DNA from: a virus
DNA length: 64,000 bases
Direction: 5' to 3' (one strand)
IMG/VR virus record: IMGVR_UViG_3300030518_000006
Location: 1 to 64,000 of that record
Position 1 is the first letter of the stretch. The number at the start of each line of letters is the position of its first letter. The translations under genes were made by a program, and so were the position numbers. The notes under the pieces are model-generated. The model was given only the letters and a program-made list of their open reading frames with translations, was not told the origin of the DNA and made no database searches. Below, in pieces: positions 46,516 through 54,325 of the stretch.

Positions 46516-46770
46516 GTGCTCACCTACTCCATATCCGATCTGTTGCGTGGAGATATCGGGGAGATCTTCGGCATAGTCCAGCACCGGGGCGAAGAGATCA
46601 CGATCACCCGCTTCGGTAAGCCGATCGTGCGCATCGTGCCGATTACGTCGGTTACTCACGCCGATAAATCTCTGACGGACCCCAGTGCCAATCGCAGTTC
46701 CATGTCGCTCGACAAGCTGACCTCGATGCCCGTCCCGCCGGATGCGATCCCACCACGAAAGAGGAAATGA
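46516..46770 (+). CDS. Phd/YefM-family antitoxin-like DNA-binding protein
   Basis: YSISDL.R.DIGEI...V..RGEEITITRFGKPIVRIVP. Confidence 0.8.
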   Translation: MLTYSISDLLRGDIGEIFGIVQHRGEEITITRFGKPIVRIVPITSVTHADKSLTDPSANRSSMSLDKLTSMPVPPDAIPPRKRK

Positions 46771-47234
46771 CCATGCCCAAGACGTCTGACAGAACTTATG
46801 CGCGCAAATTACTCAATGCTCTTATAACGGCCCACGAGGGGCTTGAAAACGTGACGCATGCCCGCGAAGCGCTTCTGCTGAAGCGCGCGAAGAAAACGAG
46901 GGAGATCCCTGTTCTGTCCGCAAACGAGGAACTCGACCACGAGCTACGTAGAACCGAAGCTGAGATCGCCGTTGAGGAGGCAGGGCGTGCGCCACGTGTG
47001 AGGATCGAACCGAATCCGATGATTGAGCAGAAACGCCTTCACGTTGAACTAGCGTTCCAGCCTAAACCGGATCGCATGGAGACCCTCAACGTTATCCTCC
47101 TGATCGTCGGCGTCCTGGCCCTGGTAGCACTCCTGGCCCGTGCGCATGGCTCCGAAAACCCTGCCGGAAATTCTGTGGAAATCCCGGTAAAATCCACTGT
47201 TCCCATGTCCAGCCCTGCTCCGACAACCCCCTAA
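46767..47234 (+). CDS. Hypothetical protein with one TM
   Basis: ATGA-coupled; VILLIVGVLALVALLA. Confidence 0.55.
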   Translation: MTMPKTSDRTYARKLLNALITAHEGLENVTHAREALLLKRAKKTREIPVLSANEELDHELRRTEAEIAVEEAGRAPRVRIEPNPMIEQKRLHVELAFQPKPDRMETLNVILLIVGVLALVALLARAHGSENPAGNSVEIPVKSTVPMSSPAPTTP

Positions 47235-47291
47235 AAACCACTTAGGTCCCTGCTACCATGGTAGTTATGCCTAAATATGGTCATACAGGCC

Positions 47292-47317
47292 GTAACGCAA
47301 GGCTGGTCTTGCGTTAC
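47292..47317. promoter_or_regulatory. Perfect 10-bp inverted repeat (operator or hairpin)
   Basis: GTAACGCAAG-6 nt-CTTGCGTTAC; half-site CTTGCGTTACA recurs at 19569-19579. Confidence 0.45.
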
Positions 47318-47370
47318 AAGATAGCCTTGGAAACGCTGGGGGATTACTCCAAAATATCTCAGGAGATTGT

Positions 47371-47826
47371 ATGACCATATTCCGCCTGACTTCCAAGGGG
47401 GTCGTTCCCGGCCGCCTGATTTCTATCCTCTTCGAGGCCAAGTATACGGGGAACACGATTACGTTTCCCTATGATTGGACGGGTAAGAATGCAACATTGG
47501 CAATGAGCCTCCTTCGTCCCGGTGACCAGAATGTACGCCTGCGGTGGCCAATTCGAATGAGTATCTTCAGTCTCAAGAAGGTGAGCGTGCAGGTTGGGGA
47601 GATTCGTTACAAGCCAGGCGTCTACTCTCCGAATCATAAGGATGGCAGCCTCTACATCCCGTCTCATCAGACCGTCTGGATCACGGATATCGACAAGGGG
47701 GCGCTCATCAAAGGTGAGATGCTCTTGGAACCCCTCGTCGTCGAGCTGGATCGACGCAAAGGCGTCCTCGTCACGGAGGTACCGAATCAGATCAAACCGG
47801 CACCGTTGAAGTTCGTGGCCCGATGA
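47371..47826 (+). CDS. Hypothetical beta-rich protein
   Basis: AGGAGA RBS. Confidence 0.7.
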   Translation: MTIFRLTSKGVVPGRLISILFEAKYTGNTITFPYDWTGKNATLAMSLLRPGDQNVRLRWPIRMSIFSLKKVSVQVGEIRYKPGVYSPNHKDGSLYIPSHQTVWITDIDKGALIKGEMLLEPLVVELDRRKGVLVTEVPNQIKPAPLKFVAR

Positions 47827-47908
47827 TCACCCTCTTCGACTACCTGCTCGCTTTCCCCGACAATACCGAAGCGCGCGAGATGATCGCCCGCATGCCCAAG
47901 GACGATTC

Positions 47909-48454
47909 ATGAGCCTCATCCCTGACTGGGTCCGCGGCATCGACCGCATCCTCGGACGCACCCGCGCGGCCAACACGCTCAAGGTCGAGCCGGTGGCCCT
48001 GGCGACCATTGACGAGGTGCAGTGGGTCCTGTTGTTCGCGCCGAAGCAGCAGATGTTCTGCCTGATCCCCCAGGACGAAGCGCTGCGCGACGGCAACACG
48101 CTCGAGATCCCGTACGATCACATGGTTGAGCTGGCCGAAGCCGAGGGCACCTGCGTGAACCGCAAGAAAGCCCGAGCGCTCGCCAAAGGACTGATTGTCG
48201 ACGGCTGGGAGCCACGAACCTACGTGATGGTGGGCCCCAACACGGAAGGCTACCTGCACGGCCTCAAGATGACGGAGCTGGTCGCCTGGGGTAAGAAGCA
48301 GATAGAGCAACTCACGAAGCTAATGAAGGAGCAAGCCGATGCTCAGCAAGCCCAAGCCGCTGCCGAAGCGCCTGGTGCAGGGGGCGCGGTGGATGCTGGA
48401 CGAATTGCAGCACCAGCGTCTGACGGTGGTGCTGACCCCAGCCCGGGAGGGTGA
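47909..48454 (+). CDS. Hypothetical protein
   Basis: AAGGA RBS, GC3-rich. Confidence 0.7.
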   Translation: MSLIPDWVRGIDRILGRTRAANTLKVEPVALATIDEVQWVLLFAPKQQMFCLIPQDEALRDGNTLEIPYDHMVELAEAEGTCVNRKKARALAKGLIVDGWEPRTYVMVGPNTEGYLHGLKMTELVAWGKKQIEQLTKLMKEQADAQQAQAAAEAPGAGGAVDAGRIAAPASDGGADPSPGG

Positions 48455-48752
48455 GGGCAGCGTTCGGACGGTCATGACCCCAAACCCCGACTGGTACCAG
48501 CGTTTCTGCGCGCGGTATAAATCTGGGCGCCATCGGAAGAACCGGGCCTTCGAGACGAGCGTCCGGCGCCAGAAGACAGAGCGGGCCTTGAAGCGGATCA
48601 TCAGCGGAGAGGTGCATACGATGGCGTACGCGAACCACGGCAAAAGCCCCTACGTCAGCCGGCTGATCCCTGAGATTCGGGACTATCTGCGGCGGGGAGA
48701 TCAAGAGCGGAAAGAGCAGCGAGCACAAAGACTCGCGAGCGTGCCGTTTTGA
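48339..48752 (+). CDS. Hypothetical basic protein
   Basis: AAGGAG RBS; overlaps low-complexity tail of the previous gene. Confidence 0.65.
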   Translation: MLSKPKPLPKRLVQGARWMLDELQHQRLTVVLTPAREGEGSVRTVMTPNPDWYQRFCARYKSGRHRKNRAFETSVRRQKTERALKRIISGEVHTMAYANHGKSPYVSRLIPEIRDYLRRGDQERKEQRAQRLASVPF

Positions 48753-49390
48753 GCGCCAAGCTCACCATCGCCGCTCCACGCCAACCCGTCGCCCAGCTCC
48801 CCATCTGGGACTGGGTTGGCGACGTGCAGTTCTATTCGATGGCCCAGACCCGCAACGCCACAGGAGAATTCTGTGAAGAAGCAACCCGGCATCTCCTCGG
48901 CGGCGAGCGGCTCTCCACCCAAGGAACGGTGGACATCTGCCCGGACATCCGATTGGACGAGCATCGTTATCTTGAGGTTAAATCGGTGGGGGATCGGCGA
49001 TGCGCCCTCCTCTACGAGCATATCCTCGACCGAACAATCCGGTTCGTCCGCCGTAACCGGGTCAAGGTCTTCTATGTCTTCTGGATCCACACCGTTCCCG
49101 CCGCCAAGTGTCCCAGTCTATTCGATTTGCGACGGGCGATGGCCGCATCTATTGATCGTGTCATCATCGTCCCCTTCACCCAGGTGCACGAGGCGATCAA
49201 GGGCATCACGCCCCGGAAGATGAACTACCGGGTCCGGGAGCACAGCGGGGAGCAGATCGCTATGCTCGGCTGGTCGATTCCGGTCAAGCAGCTGAAGGCC
49301 TGGAGCGTCGGACAGCCGCGAATGGCGTTTGACACCGAGGTCTTCGGGTATTCGATGGGTGGGTATCCGGTCTATGGAGACGTGCGATGA
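48749..49390 (+). CDS. PD-(D/E)xK restriction-endonuclease-like protein
   Basis: GEFCEE ... CPDI ... YLEVKS. Confidence 0.7.
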   Translation: MSAKLTIAAPRQPVAQLPIWDWVGDVQFYSMAQTRNATGEFCEEATRHLLGGERLSTQGTVDICPDIRLDEHRYLEVKSVGDRRCALLYEHILDRTIRFVRRNRVKVFYVFWIHTVPAAKCPSLFDLRRAMAASIDRVIIVPFTQVHEAIKGITPRKMNYRVREHSGEQIAMLGWSIPVKQLKAWSVGQPRMAFDTEVFGYSMGGYPVYGDVR

Positions 49391-49527
49391 CCCTTCCCCC
49401 GCCCGTCATCTCGCTTGAGTCGCTGCTCTTCTGGAACCTGGCCGCCGCGGTCGGCATCACACTGCTCGTCCGGTTCTTGGTGCTCTGGCTCGCCCGTACC
49501 CTATTTGGAGAGGGCCATGACCACTGA
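49387..49527 (+). CDS. Small TM protein A (copy 1)
   Basis: 46 aa, identical protein at 52778-52918. Confidence 0.65.
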   Translation: MTLPPPVISLESLLFWNLAAAVGITLLVRFLVLWLARTLFGEGHDH

Positions 49528-49663
49528 GCAGCTATACTACGCGACCGGCATCGCTTCCAATGTTCTGACCATCCTGACCTGCGCCTACACCATCTGGACG
49601 CTCCGCAGCTGGGTGAGCAGCACGGTGAAGAAGGCGCTCGACGACGTGAAGAAAGTGATCTGA
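49517..49663 (+). CDS. Small TM protein B (copy 1)
   Basis: MTTEQLYY..., near-identical copy at 52908-53054. Confidence 0.65.
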   Translation: MTTEQLYYATGIASNVLTILTCAYTIWTLRSWVSSTVKKALDDVKKVI

Positions 49664-49664
49664 C

Positions 49665-50426
49665 ATGCCGAAATACCGCCAGGCGTCCGCGTATTCTCCG
49701 CCCGAGGACCCATTCCCAGTATTGAGGCCCACCATGCCCACCCCCATCCACCCGTGCGATGCACTTACCACACTCGAACCGAAGCAGCAGGGGGCCTTTC
49801 CTGATCCAGTGCGCTTCCCACCGCCGAAGGGCTCGGAGGGTTCCTGCGGCTGCCTCCTGACCGAGTGGCCGAACCCGCTCGATGGAAACCCGCCCTACCA
49901 GAAACTTGAAACGATCTGGCAGCCGCTCTGGGATACCGTCTCGGCCCCAGAAGGCATGAAGGTCATGAACTTCTTCTCCGGCGATCGAGAGGACGACATC
50001 CTCTACGGAGAACGCGACCGCATGGGGTACCAAAAGAAGATGCGCGCCGATAACGGGCGCAGCTTCCCACGTTCCATCGGCGCGATGTTCTGGCCGAAGA
50101 AGTTCACCATGTGGGAGCTCGAGCTGCAGTTCAGTGATCCCAACGGATACGGGGACAGCATCCCCTCGAAGCTCGGCCTGCTCGATACCATCGAAGGCGA
50201 CTTCGCTCGGATCCGGATGCAGATCGGGGAAAAGTGGCATCTCGACCTCCCCTTCGCGTCTTTTTTCAAGGCTAGAGAGGACAACTACCGCGCGGCACTC
50301 TGCACCCCGCTCTTCCTCCCCTCGATACAGAACTTCGGCATCAGCCTGACCTGGCCGCGAGAATCCCGGGCCCGGTGCACTATCCGCTGCGTTCTCAACG
50401 GCTATCTCCACCGCGAAATTCCCTGA
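49665..50426 (+). CDS. Divergent major-capsid-protein-like (single jelly roll) paralog
   Basis: WQPLWDT....FF ... G....PKKF ... QIGEKW.L..P ... PLFLP..QNF.I.L.WP ... I.CVLNG.L.R; recalled SJR-MCP pattern. Confidence 0.55.
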   Translation: MPKYRQASAYSPPEDPFPVLRPTMPTPIHPCDALTTLEPKQQGAFPDPVRFPPPKGSEGSCGCLLTEWPNPLDGNPPYQKLETIWQPLWDTVSAPEGMKVMNFFSGDREDDILYGERDRMGYQKKMRADNGRSFPRSIGAMFWPKKFTMWELELQFSDPNGYGDSIPSKLGLLDTIEGDFARIRMQIGEKWHLDLPFASFFKAREDNYRAALCTPLFLPSIQNFGISLTWPRESRARCTIRCVLNGYLHREIP

Positions 50427-50434
50427 GCCTGACC

Positions 50435-50785
50435 ATGCCCCTCTACCACCTCCTCGCTCAGCCCCTGCCCAAGCTCACTCCCGACGGGAAGCGCGTCTGG
50501 GTCTGCATCTGCGGCCAGAAGGTCGCCCTGCCGAACGTCCAGCCGGCGAGCCAGGTGATCCAGACCTCGAACAACCGGGTGGAGGTCATGGAGTGCCCGG
50601 CCTGCTATGCTGGTACCGAGGAAAAGGGCGAAGAAGCCCCTCCGATGACCGAGCAGGGGGATATCAAACCGACCTTCGACCAAGATCTGGGAGATGCCAC
50701 GGACGACCAATCTGCGCCGGATGAGACGGGTGAAGATGGGGAGGTTCTGGAGGAGGAGAAGGTCGACTTCCCTGACGCGCGATGA
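50435..50785 (+). CDS. Zinc-ribbon protein C with acidic tail (copy 1)
   Basis: CICG ... CPAC; paralog at 53056-53406. Confidence 0.7.
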   Translation: MPLYHLLAQPLPKLTPDGKRVWVCICGQKVALPNVQPASQVIQTSNNRVEVMECPACYAGTEEKGEEAPPMTEQGDIKPTFDQDLGDATDDQSAPDETGEDGEVLEEEKVDFPDAR

Positions 50786-52617
50786 CCCGATATGGAAGCC
50801 TTTGTAGCGGTATTGAAGCAGCCACCGTTGCTTGGGATGGGATGGGATGGGAACCTGCATGGTTTAGCCAGTTCGATCCACAGCGTCCTGAAGGAGATTT
50901 CCCCTCTAGAATACTGGCCCACCACTACCCTGAAGTGCCTAACCTTGGGGATATTACATCTGAGAACTGGCTGACTCGGGCTTCAAGCTATGGCGATATC
51001 GACGTATTGGTTGGTGGAACCCCCTGCCAAGCGTTTTCCATTGCCGGGTTGCGCAAAGGCCTTGAAGATCGCCGGGGCCAATTATCCCTTCGTTTTGTGG
51101 AGATAGCCGATGCCGCAGACCCACCCGTCATCCTCTGGGAAAACGTCCCTGGAGTCCTTAGTGATCGAACCAATGGATTCGGTTGCCTCCTCGCTGGGCT
51201 TGCCGGTGAAGATGTGCCGCTCCAGCCAGCAGGGCGAACATGGTCGAACGCTGGTTGTGTGTTTGGCCCCAAAAGAACAGTCGCATGGCGGGTCCTCGAC
51301 GCCCAATATTTCGGACTGGCCCAACGACGCCGGCGTGTGTTTGTTGTCGCAAGTCCTGGAGCCAGCGGCATCGATCCATGCGAGATTCTATTTGAGTTCG
51401 AAGGCGTGCGCCGGGATTCTCCGCCGAGCCGCGAAGCGGGGGAAAGTACTTCCCATCCAATTGCACCGTGCCCTGATCGGAGTGGTACAGGGTTCAGTCG
51501 AACCGGAGATATCCGGGGACAGGATCCCGTTGTAGTCTGCATTACAGGTGATCGGACTCACGCGCTGAGCGCGGAAGGTGCAGATGCAGGTGAAGATGGA
51601 ACGGGACGGGGAACCCCAATTATCGCTGTCGGAGGAAATAATACTAGCGGCCCTATTACTGTTGCTGCTGCTTTGAATGCGAATAGGGGATGCCCTAACC
51701 CAGGAGACTTTGAGGCTGGAACCTTGCTTGTCGCCTTCGATACGACCCAGATCACTAGTAAGACGAATCGCTGCCAGCCGAAGCACGGAGATCCCTGTCA
51801 CCCTCTTGCTGCTGCTGCTCATCCTCCGGCGATAGCGATCCAGGAGCGAGCGATCTGTGAGAACCCCGATGCTGGACCTGATGGGATCGGGGTTCGCACT
51901 GATGACTGTGCTTATATCCTGGAAGCTCGAGGCGTTTCGCAGGCAGTATGCTTCCACCCGACACAAGACCCGATCCCGAATAGCGATAATATCTGCCATG
52001 CTCTTGGTTGCGGGAACGGTCAGGGGCACGCAGCAGCAGCAGCAGTGAATATCGGGGTTCGGGTCCGCCGTCTTACTCCTCGCGAGTGTGAACGCCTGCA
52101 GGGATTCCCAGATGACTATACTGATATCCCAAAGAAAGTCTTTCGAGGTACCCCGAAAGACTCAGGCCCATGTAAGAAACAAATTGTTGTCGCCACTGTT
52201 GTTTCATTGAACGGCACCCATTATGTTGGCACAAATCATACGATGAACCCTCAAACGACTTGCCCCCGGGCTGGAATGCCAACTGGCGTCGGATATGAAT
52301 TATGTCGCTCAATATGCCAGCAAACGGCACATGCAGAAGTAAACGCTCTTCAGCTTGCGGGCCGTAAAGCTCGCGGAGCAATACTTTATATAGAGGGGCA
52401 CACATACGCTTGTGAGCCTTGCCTTAAAGTAGCTAAAGCCGCCGAGATTAGTTCTATTGTTTTTGGGAAGCCTCCTGGCACCAGCGCCGATGGCCCCCGC
52501 TATAAAGCTCTTGGAAACAGCATGGCTGTCCCGGTAATGCGCTGGTTGGGATGGCGGATCGACAGTGCCTTGCGTACACGTTTGGGTGGGTATCCGGTTT
52601 ATGGGGAGATTCGGTGA
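50782..52617 (+). CDS. dcm: C5-cytosine DNA methyltransferase with long modular TRD and inserted dCMP-deaminase-like domain
   Basis: SLCSGI (I), GGTPCQ (IV), WENVPG (VI), AQRRRRVF (VIII), RRLTPRECERLQGFP (IX), YKALGNS (X); HAEVNA...CEPC between IX and X. Confidence 0.9.
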   Translation: MTRYGSLCSGIEAATVAWDGMGWEPAWFSQFDPQRPEGDFPSRILAHHYPEVPNLGDITSENWLTRASSYGDIDVLVGGTPCQAFSIAGLRKGLEDRRGQLSLRFVEIADAADPPVILWENVPGVLSDRTNGFGCLLAGLAGEDVPLQPAGRTWSNAGCVFGPKRTVAWRVLDAQYFGLAQRRRRVFVVASPGASGIDPCEILFEFEGVRRDSPPSREAGESTSHPIAPCPDRSGTGFSRTGDIRGQDPVVVCITGDRTHALSAEGADAGEDGTGRGTPIIAVGGNNTSGPITVAAALNANRGCPNPGDFEAGTLLVAFDTTQITSKTNRCQPKHGDPCHPLAAAAHPPAIAIQERAICENPDAGPDGIGVRTDDCAYILEARGVSQAVCFHPTQDPIPNSDNICHALGCGNGQGHAAAAAVNIGVRVRRLTPRECERLQGFPDDYTDIPKKVFRGTPKDSGPCKKQIVVATVVSLNGTHYVGTNHTMNPQTTCPRAGMPTGVGYELCRSICQQTAHAEVNALQLAGRKARGAILYIEGHTYACEPCLKVAKAAEISSIVFGKPPGTSADGPRYKALGNSMAVPVMRWLGWRIDSALRTRLGGYPVYGEIR

Positions 52618-52781
52618 TCCATATCGTTCTGTGTTCAGCCGTAGTTCTCCTTATCGTAGGGTTAATGCTTTATGTCACGGAGAGGCGGTTGCGAAGCTGG
52701 CCGGTATTTGTCCGCGTGTTATGGTATACAATGCTCGTTGTGGCAGCCTTCAATACTATGCACGGAGCATTTTTCGAATGA
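52614..52781 (+). CDS. Small two-TM protein (low GC)
   Basis: GTGA and ATGA coupling. Confidence 0.55.
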   Translation: MIHIVLCSAVVLLIVGLMLYVTERRLRSWPVFVRVLWYTMLVVAAFNTMHGAFFE

Positions 52782-52918
52782 CTCTTCCCCCGCCCGTCAT
52801 CTCGCTTGAGTCGCTGCTCTTCTGGAACCTGGCCGCCGCGGTCGGCATCACGCTGCTCGTCCGGTTCTTGGTGCTCTGGCTCGCCCGTACCCTATTCGGA
52901 GAGGGTCATGACCACTGA
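52778..52918 (+). CDS. Small TM protein A (copy 2)
   Basis: Duplicate of 49387-49527. Confidence 0.65.
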   Translation: MTLPPPVISLESLLFWNLAAAVGITLLVRFLVLWLARTLFGEGHDH

Positions 52919-53054
52919 GCAGCTCTACTACGCGACTGGCATCGCCTCCAATGTTCTGACCATCCTGACCTGCGCCTACACCATCTGGACGCTCCGCAGC
53001 TGGGTGGGCAGCACGGTGAAGAAGGCGCTCGACGACGTGAAGAAAGCGATCTGA
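52908..53054 (+). CDS. Small TM protein B (copy 2)
   Basis: Duplicate of 49517-49663. Confidence 0.65.
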   Translation: MTTEQLYYATGIASNVLTILTCAYTIWTLRSWVGSTVKKALDDVKKAI

Positions 53055-53055
53055 C

Positions 53056-53406
53056 ATGCCCCTCTACCACCTCCTCGGCCAGCCTCTCAACATCGACCCC
53101 AACACTGGCAAGCGCATCTGGGTCTGCCTGTGCGGGCAGAAGGTGAGCCTGCCGAATGTCCAGCCGGCGAACCAGGCGATCTCGATCTCCAACAACCGGG
53201 TGGAGGTCATGGAGTGCCCGGCGTGCTACAACGCCACGGATGAGAAGGAGGAAGAGGCCGCGCCGGTCAGCGAGACCGACGGGGAGCTCAAGCCGACCTT
53301 CGATCAGGACATCGGCGAGGCCACTGATGACCAGGAGGCACCTGACGAGACCACCGGCGACGGTGAGGTGCTCAAGGAAGAAAAGGTCGATTTCCCGGAT
53401 ACCTGA
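53056..53406 (+). CDS. Zinc-ribbon protein C with acidic tail (copy 2)
   Basis: CLCG ... CPAC. Confidence 0.7.
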   Translation: MPLYHLLGQPLNIDPNTGKRIWVCLCGQKVSLPNVQPANQAISISNNRVEVMECPACYNATDEKEEEAAPVSETDGELKPTFDQDIGEATDDQEAPDETTGDGEVLKEEKVDFPDT

Positions 53407-53424
53407 GATAGAGTCGCCCGCATC

Positions 53425-53787
53425 ATGGCGACTCTCCTCTATGAGAAACACTACGTCGGTACCGATGAGAACGTACCCACGGGTGAAGAGACCCTCTATT
53501 TCTGGTGCCCTGGCTGTAGAGGCGGTCATATGTACCGCATCAAGCGCAAGGACGGGGATACTCAGCAGCCCTTGTGGACCTGGAATGGCAGCAAGGAGAA
53601 GCCGACCTTCACCCCGTCGCTGCTGTATTACGAGACCGATCCGGTAACGGAGAAGCGCAAGTCGATCTGCCATATCTACGTCACGGGCGGAATGATCCAG
53701 TTCCTCGCGGATTGTCAGCATCACCTCGCTGGGAAAACGGTGCCCATGGTCGATCTGGATCTCCCTCTCAGTGAGCGGGAACGATAG
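53425..53787 (+). CDS. DUF6527-like protein
   Basis: FWCPGC...H; WTWNGS.EKPTFTPSLL; CHIYVT.G.IQFL.DC.H.LAGKTV. Confidence 0.75.
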   Translation: MATLLYEKHYVGTDENVPTGEETLYFWCPGCRGGHMYRIKRKDGDTQQPLWTWNGSKEKPTFTPSLLYYETDPVTEKRKSICHIYVTGGMIQFLADCQHHLAGKTVPMVDLDLPLSERER

Positions 53788-53803
53788 GCAGTACCGCTAC
53801 GGC

Positions 53804-53831
53804 TTGACTTTCATTCCGCGCCATCCATACT
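53804..53831 (+). promoter_or_regulatory. Candidate promoter, possibly leaderless transcript
   Basis: TTGACT-16 nt-CATACT, 7 nt before ATG 53839, no RBS. Confidence 0.5.
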
Positions 53832-53838
53832 GCGGCTC

Positions 53839-54324
53839 ATGGGTTACACCCGCACCCCGGCGCACTACACCGCTAGCGCTGCCTATCACGGCGGCGATCC
53901 GGTGTGGATCCGCCCTGCCAATCTCGACCTGCGCCGTATCAACCCCCAAGGCGGGGCCGCGCTCGGCGACGACGGCATTGACCTGATCGCGATGATCCCC
54001 CAGCTGACCCAGACCCTGGCAACCGTGGGCACCACGGCAGTCCAGTTGCGGGAACAGCAGATCCAGAACCAACGCCAGGACGCGAACCAGGCCCAAGCCG
54101 TCGCCGCGACGAATGCGCAGACCGCCGCCCTGGAGCAAGCAACGGCGGCGAACCAAGCCGTCGCCGACCCAACCGCATCGCCTGCGGCGGTACCGACTCC
54201 AGGCGTGTCACTTCCCACCCCGCACGGCAAGAAGGGGGGCGGCATGACTGTCCCCCTGATCATCGGGGGTACCGTCATCGGGATTGCCGTGGTTCTGGCA
54301 TTGCTCAAGCTCCGCCGGGGCTGA
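53839..54324 (+). CDS. Putative virion membrane protein (C-terminal anchor)
   Basis: Ends PLIIGGTVIGIAVVLALLKLRRG; AALGD motif. Confidence 0.75.
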   Translation: MGYTRTPAHYTASAAYHGGDPVWIRPANLDLRRINPQGGAALGDDGIDLIAMIPQLTQTLATVGTTAVQLREQQIQNQRQDANQAQAVAATNAQTAALEQATAANQAVADPTASPAAVPTPGVSLPTPHGKKGGGMTVPLIIGGTVIGIAVVLALLKLRRG

Positions 54325-54325
54325 T

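Larger units (their letters stand above)
52778..53060. repeat. 283-bp direct repeat of 49387-49669
   Basis: 9 substitutions counted, no indels. Confidence 0.9.

Noticed and set aside
46516-47234. Complete type II toxin-antitoxin pair
   Set aside because: The downstream ORF has no PIN, RelE or Doc features and contains a TM helix
52130-52480. Intein or homing endonuclease as the MTase insert
   Set aside because: No C/S...HN-C/S/T splice motifs, LAGLIDADG or HNH pattern; HAE and CxxC fit a deaminase
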